64,000 bases of DNA from the IMG/VR virus record IMGVR_UViG_3300020166_000747. One strand, given 5' to 3'. This DNA comes from a virus. The notes under the pieces were generated by a model that saw nothing but the letters and a program-made list of their open reading frames with translations, was not told the origin of the DNA and did no database searches. Position 1 is the first letter of the stretch; every line of letters starts with the position of its first letter. The translations under genes and the position numbers were made by a program. Shown here piece by piece: positions 29,891 through 40,596 of this stretch.

Positions 29891-30808
29891 TTATAATGTA
29901 TTTGTTACTGTACATGTTGGGTTAGTCAATACCACCGAACCACTTGCATTCGATAATTTTAGTGAAGAAACATTTACAGTTGATGTACCTGCCACGCTAT
30001 CTGCACCAGTCCAAGACCAAGCACCGCCATAACCAGAGCCTGAACCAGTACGTGCAACGTGTGCGTCTACTAGACGTACTGTGATGTAAAGGTCTGAACC
30101 AGAAATGTAAGCTGAAATGTCTGCATAGTTTGATGAATAATCACCGTCGTCTGCATACTCACGTTTTACATAAGCGTTTGATGATGTTAAGTCTGAGTAC
30201 TTCTTACGTGTTGATGTATCAATGTTAGTTGAATCTGTCGCACGAACCGAGAAACGATATGTTCCCATTTCACCTGTAAGTTGTTCCCATGAAGTGCCTT
30301 GTTGGTTACCTGTTGGATCATCGTGTGACATTGAAACGCGAATTTCACCGCCAGCAGCGAACCAGGCATGCATATTAGTTGTTGAACCGAAAGCTACTTT
30401 CGTTACTGTATCACGTGTGCCGTTCCAGTTTGAAACAGTTTGCGTTGTTTCTGTTGCAGTTGTTGTGTCCCAACCTGATGAATAGCTCCATGGTGAGTTG
30501 AAACGTGTGTTAATATCGCTTTCAAATGTTGCCGCGGCGCCCGCATAGTGTGACCATGCAACGACTGTGCCTGCATTTACTGCTGTAAATGGGTTTGTAA
30601 TATTATAATAGTTTGAAATTTTTGCTGCTGCCGAGTAAAGTGAATCGAAGTATGCATCATCGATTAAATCACCTGTACTTGGGTTAGCAGCAATTGTGTG
30701 ACCTTGGTTGTAACCACCTGCTACACCTGTTCCGTTAAGAATAGTGTTCATTTTGGTACGTAGGCTTGCAAATGGGTCATTTGCATTAATTGTATCTCCT
30801 ACAGCCAT
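29891..30808 (-). CDS. Virion structural protein (paralogue of 28892..29866)
   Basis: Ser/Thr/Gly-rich, with WFAAGGEIRVS. Confidence 0.6.
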   Translation of the reverse strand: MAVGDTINANDPFASLRTKMNTILNGTGVAGGYNQGHTIAANPSTGDLIDDAYFDSLYSAAAKISNYYNITNPFTAVNAGTVVAWSHYAGAAATFESDINTRFNSPWSYSSGWDTTTATETTQTVSNWNGTRDTVTKVAFGSTTNMHAWFAAGGEIRVSMSHDDPTGNQQGTSWEQLTGEMGTYRFSVRATDSTNIDTSTRKKYSDLTSSNAYVKREYADDGDYSSNYADISAYISGSDLYITVRLVDAHVARTGSGSGYGGAWSWTGADSVAGTSTVNVSSLKLSNASGSVVLTNPTCTVTNTL

Positions 30809-30885
30809 ATTTTTGCTCCTAAGTTGACTAGTCGTTTAGTTGGCTTACGCCTTTAAAAACCAAGAAAGATTTTCCGGATTCTTTC

Positions 30886-31548
30886 TTAATTAATTTGTAT
30901 TGTAACCGTATAATCGATTACGATTGTTCTATTCGCCGATAGTAACACTGGATGGAAAGTCACATGTGTTAGCATCAATGTTTTATCCTCGTCCAAATCC
31001 GACCAATCGTTTGTATCAGTAATCAAATTGCCAGATAGTAGTGCAATTTCATCAAACGTGAAAGTCTTTGATACTGTTGAATCGTTTTCTGGAACTGTTT
31101 CGTTATTCATATCAGCATATTGCTGATGATCCATTTCTACTCTAAAATTAATCTTTGATGTATTATCAGGAACAATTTCGCCCTCTCCCATGTCTTGACC
31201 TGGGAAGTAGACTGTGTTCTCTGTTCTTTGTTGATACTTTTTAGCGTATAATGTTGAATTACTTGAAGTGATAGGTAGTTGGTCGTAAATACCAAATACT
31301 CTAGGAGAGCGATATGAAAGTGTTGTAGTTGAACTACTACCACCGTTACCGAATGCCATCCAATTTACAAAAGGTGCAGTGCCGCCAGTATTCACATCAA
31401 CTGCGGATCCCGCTAATGCACTTGCAAGTACATATGCCATATTACCTGGGTGAATGGCATTTCTCTTTTGTACAAGAATGTCACCACTATCTTTATCAAA
31501 GATTTTAAGTGTGCCGATAACTTGTGATTTAATATCTTCGTTAAACAT
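30886..31548 (-). CDS. Baseplate/tail-fibre attachment protein
   Basis: MAFGNGG..FDEIAL..LTHVTFHPV..IDYTVTIQ. A late promoter GATAAATA lies at 31577-31584 (-). Confidence 0.6.
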   Translation of the reverse strand: MFNEDIKSQVIGTLKIFDKDSGDILVQKRNAIHPGNMAYVLASALAGSAVDVNTGGTAPFVNWMAFGNGGSSSTTTLSYRSPRVFGIYDQLPITSSNSTLYAKKYQQRTENTVYFPGQDMGEGEIVPDNTSKINFRVEMDHQQYADMNNETVPENDSTVSKTFTFDEIALLSGNLITDTNDWSDLDEDKTLMLTHVTFHPVLLSANRTIVIDYTVTIQIN

Positions 31549-31606
31549 TCGTATCTCTCTTTTCAAATTCTAAGTATATTTATCATTTTAACTGATATGT
31601 CTTTTA

Positions 31607-34600
31607 TTATGTGTCCTCATGAGAATAAATCTGATCAGGTGCCCCCAATACATAAATTGTATTGCCATTATCTACACTTGTAGCAACGCCATTGTACACC
31701 CCACGCTCTGAAATTCTCAGATTATTTGTAGATTTGCTATCATACACCATAAACTCTACGTTTCCATTTGCATCCTCGACGGCAACTAAACGTATAGTTT
31801 TAGATTTTGCCGCTTTGAATTTAGATGCTTGGTTAACAACTAGAGTTTCGCCATCGAATGATGAAATTGTACCACTGTCTGTTACAGGAATATGATATCC
31901 TCTTCCAAATTTATCATACACGTAAAACTCTTTTCTGTCAAGTGTCGTCCTTGTCTCATCTGTAAATGTATCTACTGTTACGATTGAAGCGTCTCTCGCT
32001 GATGCACTAAATTCACCAGTATCAAATCCATCTGCACTGTATGTATATCCAATATCATTGCGTAGGAACTTACCACCCAGATACTCGCCGTCTACCAGTG
32101 GTTCAAATAAACTTGTATCTGTTACTTCTTCATCGCCGCCATCGATCCCATTAAGTTCAAATCTACTATGTTCACCAAAGTATTTTGTAATATGCATGTG
32201 ATGCAATGCATCAACTGTCAGGTCTGCTGTTTCATCTGTAGGATAGATACGTTCTGTTGTTCTAATCTTTGTGTGATATGGTTTTGTTTCCATAACATAA
32301 TCGATTGTATCCTGATATGTATCACGCTGATAGATAGCATATTGACGTAATGGTTTATTAAACATTGTCAAGTCGATATAACTAGTCTTGAATATCCATT
32401 CCGGATGTGTTCTTTCTGTGTACATATATTCAATCATATCAAAGAATATTGTTTTAATTTCAGAAACTTCTGCATACTTATAAATCATATTCATTAGTTC
32501 ATGCAATTGTACACTAAGCTGATTAGCAGTTAGACGCACAGTTTCTGGAACTGTTAACTCTGTAATACTGAAATCTAAATCAAGAACTGAATTAGTTTTG
32601 TGTACTAATCTAATCTCGCCGTTGACTGGGAAATAGTACTCATCGCCATCTGGTAGTTCAACTTTGAATGATGATACTCCGCTGTTATGTAACGCAATCA
32701 TGTCGATGTTACGAGTACGTGATAGATATTCAAATGTATCTATAGTTTCGTATTCTTCTGCATGATACCAATTAGTTGTTGCAAATACGCCGTGATTTAA
32801 TGCAATGTAGTCGTTGTACATTGGGAAGTCAGTTGCAATCATTCTCTTGGACAGTGTAGAAAGAACAGTACTTGCAAAGTTATCTCTAGCGTCTGTGATA
32901 TTTGCAAACCAACTATCGTATTCAGAAACATGATACACACGTACCACGTCATCTTCTAGTATATCTACTGCTGAAAGTATTGTCACTTCATCAACGTTAA
33001 TAACGAAATCATTATTTGATACGATTACATTATTGACGGTGACTACGATATCATTATGTGTCAGTGAATTGTCACCAATCCAATCATATGAGAATGCCAC
33101 ACCAGTAGAAGTTATATCTGTCGCAGATACTTCAAACTGTTCATAGTGAGAAATTTCACTATTCGCAATAGAATTCTTAAAGTCTTGTAAGAATATATCT
33201 TCTAATGGTGCGCTTGATTTACGAGAAACTAGTTCCCAATCAGTGTGATGTGTTTCTCTATTATCATCTACATTATACTCAATTGAATATGTAATCGTAT
33301 CTGATGTTAATATATTCGCATTATTAGAAACGATAACAGTGTCACCATCTACTGGGAAGAATTTGTTTACAGTTGTTGGCGAAGCAATCATCATTGAAAT
33401 TTCTTCAACTGAGAACTCTTTTGCATATCTTGCTTCATCGCCAGTTGCAATCCAGTAGTAATACTTCGTTACAGTTTTATTTTTGATGCTATCAAAATAT
33501 GTTTCTGTATTGAATTGTGAAACTCCGTCTGGGAGTTTTTCACTTGTTACCCACTGCTTCACTACTACTTCTGATCCTGGCACAATCTTGCCCCAGAAAC
33601 GTTTTGCATAATCAATATCGATGTTGCCATTTGCATCACCATAATCGTCATATCTATAATAACGTGTTAGATTAGTATCCCACCAGATTTTACCCAACGA
33701 TTGTGATAACCATAAATCACTATTCAGTGTAACATCATATTTTGCAGGGTCATTCCAGTCTACATAGTCAATATCTTTAGCAATTGACCCTGCAATCTTA
33801 AAGTTGATTGGATCAAACAATTGATAATCATAGAACTCGTCACCAGATTTTGCAACTATGCGATTTACGTAGTCTGTATTTACTGGCTTAGCACGTCTAT
33901 TTAAAATATGAAGTGTACCATATTCATTACGGTTTAGAACTGCCCAACCAGAATTTAAATATTCGTCTGCCCAAATTAAACTTGTATAGTTTAGTCCAAG
34001 TTCTGCATAGAACTCATCGAAATCATCACCATTGTATCTAGGAGTAAAGCGAACAGACTTCCAGCGCATAACTTTGAAGTCTGCGTTACTGGTAACACTT
34101 GTATATTCATTTGATAATCCAATCTTATCAAGCATCGCTTGCGTTGTACCAGAGAATGTCATTGTGTTATTTTCACTTGTGAAAATCATTCTACCGTCAC
34201 TTGAAATATTAACTGTAACATTATCAGACGCATCGTTGATTTGTTCTTGGAACTCTGCTGCGCTAGAACTTAATGTATTTGTATTGCTATAAGTTCCTAC
34301 TGCTATTCCTAAATCATTCCACGCATTACCAGTGATATCACTTAGAACGATACTACTCTCATCACTTGCGATTAGAACACGTCTGTCAAATTCTTGTGCT
34401 GATGTTCCCAACAAGTCACTTAGTGCTGAATTCAAGTCTGTAATAATACTATCAATAGAATTAACTTCTACTGATGTTTGTGAAAATCCAATACGCAACA
34501 TCGATCCTGGCGTAGACACATTTTCTTCAATAATTATGTTAGCTGAATTTGAAGATATTTTTAATCTACCAACTGATACTGACGCACTAATGTTAGGAAT

Positions 34601-37600
34601 GTTAAGTGAATTTATCTGCTGTGCAACACTAGACGCCGTTGGGTTAGAATTAGTCTCAAATGTATTTGATGGGAATCCCAAGTCATTAAACGCTGAACCA
34701 GATAACGTAAGTTCATCTTCGTCTGTTTCAATAATTAATATATCACCCGATATGTATGAATCTAAGTATGTTAATGAATTTAAGTCATCGGCTAAATTTG
34801 CAAGTTTACTCTCAATGATAGAACTAGAACCAAAGCCAATGTCAAGTAATGCATTACCTGTCATCGTAAGCTGTGCTGTAGAACTAATAAGCATAACAAA
34901 ATTAGAAACGTCAATTGAAGCAGTTACTGGTGCGCCGGTTGAATTTATTTCATCAATGATATCCTGGGTACTTAAAAACTGTGCTACTGGTTGTGCTACA
35001 AGTTCAACTGTTATATCCACAAGACCATCTTGGTCTACATCAGGAGTTAACGGATCACCGTCATCATCTACTTGTCCATCTGCGATGGGAGTATTGAATG
35101 TAATTACATCGTTTGCGTATGTGTATGCACTAGTGGTTAATACGTATGGCGTATCTACTCCGTTGTCTACTGTAATATCACCCGGTAAAAAGTTAGTCAT
35201 ATCAGTTGTAAGGGTTATACTACTAACATCGGTTGCGACCCCTGTTTGTATTTCCTCACTATCCGAACCAGTTACTGGTCCAGGTACAGTAAAAGTAACT
35301 GTTACACCATTAATTCTAATAGATTTCGTTTCCGTAATTGTAGGATATTCAATAGAACCAACAACTTCGATATCTCTAATCGTAACATTATCATTATTTC
35401 CATTAGAATCTATAACTAAAGTCTCACCAGTGGTTAAATCTGTTGTTACCGTTGCAGTACTTTCTGCACGTATACTTTGAGTAGCACTGTAGTCGATGGT
35501 AATTGTTTCGCCATTAATATCAATCTTATCACCTGCTAAACTCGTTACAGTCTGTGTTGCTGTTGCATTAGTTCCGCTAAATGTCACAAGTGTATTTGTA
35601 TTTGCAATTAGACCATCATCTCCGTACACAACGATACGAACTTGTTCGCCTTCACTTACAATTGGGTCTGCTGTAGCAGTACTACCACCAATAGATATAC
35701 CTGTACTTGTTCCACCTGTTCCTGGCACATATGTAAATATTTCGCCGTCGATAACAAGAGTATCACCAGAAAGAATAGTAGGGTTAGAAACATAACTGAT
35801 CGCTTCAACTCCGATTGTCCCGGATGTTGGAATATAAACTGAGTTATCTGTTGTTGTGTCAATCTCAACAACAAGCGGTTCATATGTCTGGTCGAACACT
35901 AAGTATTCGTAAACATTAACACCGTTTGATATACGTGTTCCATCACTCACAAGATAATAGTTACCTTGGATTTCTGGGTCTACGTTGCCATTAATGATTT
36001 TAAGATAAACTGTTTCACTTGTACTAACTTCATTTGTTAGCGCAACTTTCAATTGACCATCAGATGTTTCGCTAATAAAGTTAATTTCAGCAACTTCACT
36101 AAGTCTCTTAACATCCCAATCACGTTCTTCATCAAATCTTACCCATGCAAGGTCACCTTCATAGTATGGAAGTGTAGAAGTTTCCAGTGTATCTGAATCT
36201 TGCACAACATAATTTACGTCTGATGGGTCAACATAACCAGCAGTTTTGATTGCTACTCGTTTACCAAACTCAACTGTTGGCATTTTATTATCCATATTAA
36301 AGTGGACAACATGTGGGTCGCTTACGATATCAATTGTATTGACAGTAGAAGAAACTGATAGATTATTATCAAGTTTACCATAGTCAGCAATCTTAATAGC
36401 CCATATATCACGGTGCTTCAAGTCTTCAAAGTTGGAATTGAAGTTAATAATTCTATTGATACTTGAAACTGTAGATTTACCAGCTAAGAACCCTTTGTAG
36501 AATTCTAACTGAGACTCACGCTCTACACCATGATTAGTAAGATATGTTCTTGGCGAATATCCAATTTGATTTGATTTTAGGTTGTTGATGTTCTTTAGAC
36601 TTTGGTCTACGATTGTATCTCTGTAGTAACGTGTCTCACCTACCATTGTTTCTAAGTTAGGAACAAGTTCATTCTCATACACAATGTAACCATCTGCTGC
36701 AAGTGTGCCGTCCCAATCTGTTGTTCTGTTACAATCTACAATCATACGTAGGTTTCTGTTATGTGAGAATGGATCGTAAATTACATCACCGTAACTGTCT
36801 ACTCTATCAACAACAAATGCTTGTTCAATATCTGCTACATCAAGTTTAATACCGTAAACTGGTGTCGTACTTTCCCAAGTAATCTTTGAACCATCTGAAT
36901 TAAATTTAATGTCTGTGTCTGGAAGTTGTCTACCATTTTCATCTACTACACGATAGTAGTTCTTATTTGTTTCTCTACCTACAGTTGCAACACCGTAAGG
37001 AGCTTCAAATGAACCGCTTAATAATATCGGAGTTAGCGTAATGAAATCGCCTGGTTGATGTACTTCTGCACTCCAGTCTAAGAATTTTTCTAACAGTCTT
37101 TCAAAGTCAACAACACGATTGTCTTCATCTACATCCGTAAAGTCCCAACCGATTGCTTTAAGATACGCTTGATATCCTACCATTAAATGTGCTACTTCAT
37201 CACGTGTACTAAGAATGTCACCGTAGTTATAAGTTTTAATTTGGTCAAGTAAAGTTTCACGATAGCCATTAGCTTCTACTTTGTTTACTCTAGGCCATTC
37301 TGGAAGTAGCTTCCAGTTTTTAATATCATTGTCGAATAGTGAACTAGCTGTGTGATTTAATAATGAAACATACGGCTTATTATTGTAAACTGTATAACTA
37401 TCTTGTCTGTAGTACTCGCCACTCGTCCAAACATTAATATTAGCTTGATCTCCATCTGTTGACCATACTTTTCTCTTGCTGGTCTTATCCCAATCTAAAG
37501 TAAAGAACATCGGATTGTAATCATCATAACCGTGAATACGATAGCCAAATTCACGTGTCTTAGGCTGTGATATCAACGTCCACATCGCATAATCAAACTT

Positions 37601-40594
37601 TATTGAGTTTGCAGTTTCTTTTGCACTCTCACCAGTTGTTTTACGTTTATAATATTTGTGGTCGTATGGGTTTAGGACAACGTCTCCTGCATTGTATGTT
37701 GCAGTAGAATTCATATCGTATGTTGGGTATGCTACATCTGTAGAAACTTTTTCGATAACAATTGCAGAAAAACTTTCTGAACGATTAGGCTCACCAGCAT
37801 GTACAAATAAGTCGTAATTGTCACTAGGAATGTCGGTATAGTGACTATTAGACAGTCCCGAATTTTCTGATAGTAGTTTGAAGTTATTAACAAACCCACC
37901 TAGCTTTGAACCTAATTTAAATTCATATTGCTCACGCTGTGCTGTGATAGAAGACGTACTGAATCCTTCACGTGCATGATAGTATGAAATGATATTATCT
38001 ACTTGTGTCGCATAGTTATCTAGCACTTCAAACGGCTTAGTCAAAATCATTAGTAAGAATTCTGCAAATGCATATTCACTACTGCGTCTCCATGCCATCT
38101 CAACAGGTGATCCGTCTCCGAATTCCCAATCTTGATCCATAGTTGAAATTTCTGCGGCTGTGATTGCTCCGCTGAAAAACAAATCATTCATAGTAGCAAT
38201 CTGACCGTAACTATCTACTGGTACTGGCCAGTCTTTCTGACGAGCCGATTTTAGATTTTCCCAAAATGAAATCTGAGTGTAGTCGCTACCATACAATGCA
38301 TCAAAGTTATCTGGCTTTTGTGATAGACCAACTGCTACCCACGGCTCAACTACTGGGTTATCGGTACCATATACATATTGCATGATGCCGCGCCAATGCC
38401 CAGGTGATTGTTCGTTAATAGAACGATAGTTCCATGTCTTCCAGTTGTCTGGATCGAATGTATCATTGTATAGATTATCGATATTGTTTCTAATCATCCA
38501 CTTCTTAAAGAATGGATACTGTATATATTTTTTCTCTGCGATTGAATATTCGACTGTTGCATCACGGTATATACCGTAATCAAAATGATTGATAGTGTTA
38601 TCTGATACAGATGGGGCAAGTCTATTGTATATGAGAGTTTCGAATTCTAATAGAATGTCATCTGTTCTATCGCCCCATGCTGGAGTAACAGAACCATCGT
38701 GTCCTACAATCATTTCAGTTGTAGGTGTGTATTCAATATCAGTTACACGTCTCGGAACATACAAAGCATTGATATCTAACTTAGTTGAACTGGGTGGGAT
38801 GAATGTGTCAGCAAGTTTTTCAAAATATCGTATCTGTATGATGTCAGTTGCTTGCGCTGTGTATTCAGTAAATACTACTTCGCTACCTTGAAGTTCATAA
38901 TCTGTAATATTCTTTTGTAGAACACCGTTAAGATACACAGAAAGTTTTTCTGTATCAATAACGTCTGCAATCATGTTATCCGGGATCGGTTGAAAACGAG
39001 AACCAACAGCAATATCAATTTCGCCTAATGTATAGTGACTTAGATTGTTACCGAAATTAACCATACCAGTTCCGTCAAATACACTAATACTTGAACGTTT
39101 TGCTAGAGATATTTCTGCAATTGCTTGTTCTAAAATTTCGGTTGTCGTTTTCGTATCACTGCTAGTATCTTCTAGTATATCTCTTACAACGGTTACTAAT
39201 TTATTTTTATAATTGCTATAAGCTGATGCTAAGAATTCAACAGACTTAACTGGATCATAGTCATCACGTGTTACTGCAAAATATGCTTTCTTAATATCGA
39301 TAGAATTACGAACTAACACACTGCCCAAATTATTGAAGCGTGTCTTATCTGTGTTATCACCAATCTGTCTATAATTGTTTACACCATTCGCTTCGCCAGT
39401 TAGTCCATCTGTCGTTTCAATCAATCTAATCATATGTTCATAGACTGTTGAGTACGTCATTTCTTTAAGATTGTGATATTCGTTATCTGTATTGTATTCG
39501 ATTGCTGGATCAATACGCTGCCATACAAAATCGCCATCTACTACAACATTATCTGCGGTAGCATAGTCAATGTATACATAACCTTCTACTGTGCTATCAA
39601 ATTCGACTGCACTGTTTGAATATGTATAGTTACCGATTTGTTTGATACCATCTACATATACATCAATGTCATTTGCACTTAGTGCTGGTTGTGTAAGTTC
39701 TACACGATCCACTTCACCAGTGCCAACTTCATGGCGTAAGTTTCTGTAATTGAAATCACATTCAGTATACAAGTCAACAAATGAACTGTCAAGCTCAAAC
39801 TTTATTCCTTGTGGCAAATCTATTCTGAATACATATTCACTATGATAATCTCCAGCTTTAACTTTAGGAGCAAATCCCAATTCAATGTCAAGTGGGAAGT
39901 TATCATTTACAACATACTCAAAAATACTGTAAGTATTATCGCCGTCGTCTGATACGAATTTAGGGACTTCCCATTCTGTTACACTAGCATTTGCAATTGT
40001 TAGTCTTGCATCAAATTCAATAATAGGACGAGTAGCTTGTTCGATATATTGTTTGTTGTCGCTCGTAATGAACTCACGAATGTCATCATAGTGGTACCAT
40101 GCGTTGTTTTCGCCCCACCAGTTACCAGTAGAGTTTTCAACAGTAACGTAATGTTTATTATCGCTACCTTGTAATCCGTTTACAAAGAACCCGGGACGTA
40201 CCCAATAATATAAACTCCAGTTCGCAAACTTGTCCGCATCAATCGGTAGACTAACTGTAAAAGATGTTGACTTAAACAATCTTCTGTGGTCATTTGTCAA
40301 CATACCTTTATTGAACATTGCATTTAGCAAATCATCATAGTATATGTTATCGTTTATTTGAGTATTTGAAAATACAGGTTCTAGTCCGTAATTGTCACGC
40401 TGAAACAAATGTTCAGGGAAAGACATATAAACATCTTTGTCACTGTAAATACCTTTCTCTTTTCTACCAAGGAATGCTTTTTCTTTTTGCATTGATCCTT
40501 TAGAGAACGCACGTTCTAGTGTAGCATCAAAGATACTTTCTAGTTCACTATTGCGTAAGTGTGCTGGGAGAAAGTTATATATTTTATTCGCCAT
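31607..40594 (-). CDS. Giant baseplate wedge-like structural protein (2995 aa)
   Basis: Directly follows the gp6-like gene. Has an N-terminal NFLP..FLGRK block, a C-terminal YVMETKPYHTKIR block and an internal beta-rich repeat region. Confidence 0.7.
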   Translation of the reverse strand: MANKIYNFLPAHLRNSELESIFDATLERAFSKGSMQKEKAFLGRKEKGIYSDKDVYMSFPEHLFQRDNYGLEPVFSNTQINDNIYYDDLLNAMFNKGMLTNDHRRLFKSTSFTVSLPIDADKFANWSLYYWVRPGFFVNGLQGSDNKHYVTVENSTGNWWGENNAWYHYDDIREFITSDNKQYIEQATRPIIEFDARLTIANASVTEWEVPKFVSDDGDNTYSIFEYVVNDNFPLDIELGFAPKVKAGDYHSEYVFRIDLPQGIKFELDSSFVDLYTECDFNYRNLRHEVGTGEVDRVELTQPALSANDIDVYVDGIKQIGNYTYSNSAVEFDSTVEGYVYIDYATADNVVVDGDFVWQRIDPAIEYNTDNEYHNLKEMTYSTVYEHMIRLIETTDGLTGEANGVNNYRQIGDNTDKTRFNNLGSVLVRNSIDIKKAYFAVTRDDYDPVKSVEFLASAYSNYKNKLVTVVRDILEDTSSDTKTTTEILEQAIAEISLAKRSSISVFDGTGMVNFGNNLSHYTLGEIDIAVGSRFQPIPDNMIADVIDTEKLSVYLNGVLQKNITDYELQGSEVVFTEYTAQATDIIQIRYFEKLADTFIPPSSTKLDINALYVPRRVTDIEYTPTTEMIVGHDGSVTPAWGDRTDDILLEFETLIYNRLAPSVSDNTINHFDYGIYRDATVEYSIAEKKYIQYPFFKKWMIRNNIDNLYNDTFDPDNWKTWNYRSINEQSPGHWRGIMQYVYGTDNPVVEPWVAVGLSQKPDNFDALYGSDYTQISFWENLKSARQKDWPVPVDSYGQIATMNDLFFSGAITAAEISTMDQDWEFGDGSPVEMAWRRSSEYAFAEFLLMILTKPFEVLDNYATQVDNIISYYHAREGFSTSSITAQREQYEFKLGSKLGGFVNNFKLLSENSGLSNSHYTDIPSDNYDLFVHAGEPNRSESFSAIVIEKVSTDVAYPTYDMNSTATYNAGDVVLNPYDHKYYKRKTTGESAKETANSIKFDYAMWTLISQPKTREFGYRIHGYDDYNPMFFTLDWDKTSKRKVWSTDGDQANINVWTSGEYYRQDSYTVYNNKPYVSLLNHTASSLFDNDIKNWKLLPEWPRVNKVEANGYRETLLDQIKTYNYGDILSTRDEVAHLMVGYQAYLKAIGWDFTDVDEDNRVVDFERLLEKFLDWSAEVHQPGDFITLTPILLSGSFEAPYGVATVGRETNKNYYRVVDENGRQLPDTDIKFNSDGSKITWESTTPVYGIKLDVADIEQAFVVDRVDSYGDVIYDPFSHNRNLRMIVDCNRTTDWDGTLAADGYIVYENELVPNLETMVGETRYYRDTIVDQSLKNINNLKSNQIGYSPRTYLTNHGVERESQLEFYKGFLAGKSTVSSINRIINFNSNFEDLKHRDIWAIKIADYGKLDNNLSVSSTVNTIDIVSDPHVVHFNMDNKMPTVEFGKRVAIKTAGYVDPSDVNYVVQDSDTLETSTLPYYEGDLAWVRFDEERDWDVKRLSEVAEINFISETSDGQLKVALTNEVSTSETVYLKIINGNVDPEIQGNYYLVSDGTRISNGVNVYEYLVFDQTYEPLVVEIDTTTDNSVYIPTSGTIGVEAISYVSNPTILSGDTLVIDGEIFTYVPGTGGTSTGISIGGSTATADPIVSEGEQVRIVVYGDDGLIANTNTLVTFSGTNATATQTVTSLAGDKIDINGETITIDYSATQSIRAESTATVTTDLTTGETLVIDSNGNNDNVTIRDIEVVGSIEYPTITETKSIRINGVTVTFTVPGPVTGSDSEEIQTGVATDVSSITLTTDMTNFLPGDITVDNGVDTPYVLTTSAYTYANDVITFNTPIADGQVDDDGDPLTPDVDQDGLVDITVELVAQPVAQFLSTQDIIDEINSTGAPVTASIDVSNFVMLISSTAQLTMTGNALLDIGFGSSSIIESKLANLADDLNSLTYLDSYISGDILIIETDEDELTLSGSAFNDLGFPSNTFETNSNPTASSVAQQINSLNIPNISASVSVGRLKISSNSANIIIEENVSTPGSMLRIGFSQTSVEVNSIDSIITDLNSALSDLLGTSAQEFDRRVLIASDESSIVLSDITGNAWNDLGIAVGTYSNTNTLSSSAAEFQEQINDASDNVTVNISSDGRMIFTSENNTMTFSGTTQAMLDKIGLSNEYTSVTSNADFKVMRWKSVRFTPRYNGDDFDEFYAELGLNYTSLIWADEYLNSGWAVLNRNEYGTLHILNRRAKPVNTDYVNRIVAKSGDEFYDYQLFDPINFKIAGSIAKDIDYVDWNDPAKYDVTLNSDLWLSQSLGKIWWDTNLTRYYRYDDYGDANGNIDIDYAKRFWGKIVPGSEVVVKQWVTSEKLPDGVSQFNTETYFDSIKNKTVTKYYYWIATGDEARYAKEFSVEEISMMIASPTTVNKFFPVDGDTVIVSNNANILTSDTITYSIEYNVDDNRETHHTDWELVSRKSSAPLEDIFLQDFKNSIANSEISHYEQFEVSATDITSTGVAFSYDWIGDNSLTHNDIVVTVNNVIVSNNDFVINVDEVTILSAVDILEDDVVRVYHVSEYDSWFANITDARDNFASTVLSTLSKRMIATDFPMYNDYIALNHGVFATTNWYHAEEYETIDTFEYLSRTRNIDMIALHNSGVSSFKVELPDGDEYYFPVNGEIRLVHKTNSVLDLDFSITELTVPETVRLTANQLSVQLHELMNMIYKYAEVSEIKTIFFDMIEYMYTERTHPEWIFKTSYIDLTMFNKPLRQYAIYQRDTYQDTIDYVMETKPYHTKIRTTERIYPTDETADLTVDALHHMHITKYFGEHSRFELNGIDGGDEEVTDTSLFEPLVDGEYLGGKFLRNDIGYTYSADGFDTGEFSASARDASIVTVDTFTDETRTTLDRKEFYVYDKFGRGYHIPVTDSGTISSFDGETLVVNQASKFKAAKSKTIRLVAVEDANGNVEFMVYDSKSTNNLRISERGVYNGVATSVDNGNTIYVLGAPDQIYSHEDT

Positions 40595-40596
40595 TC

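Noticed and set aside
34332-35480. 382-aa plus-strand ORF and many smaller antisense ORFs in the track
   Set aside because: They are shadow frames of long, motif-bearing genes on the opposite strand, with no RBS or recognisable motifs.
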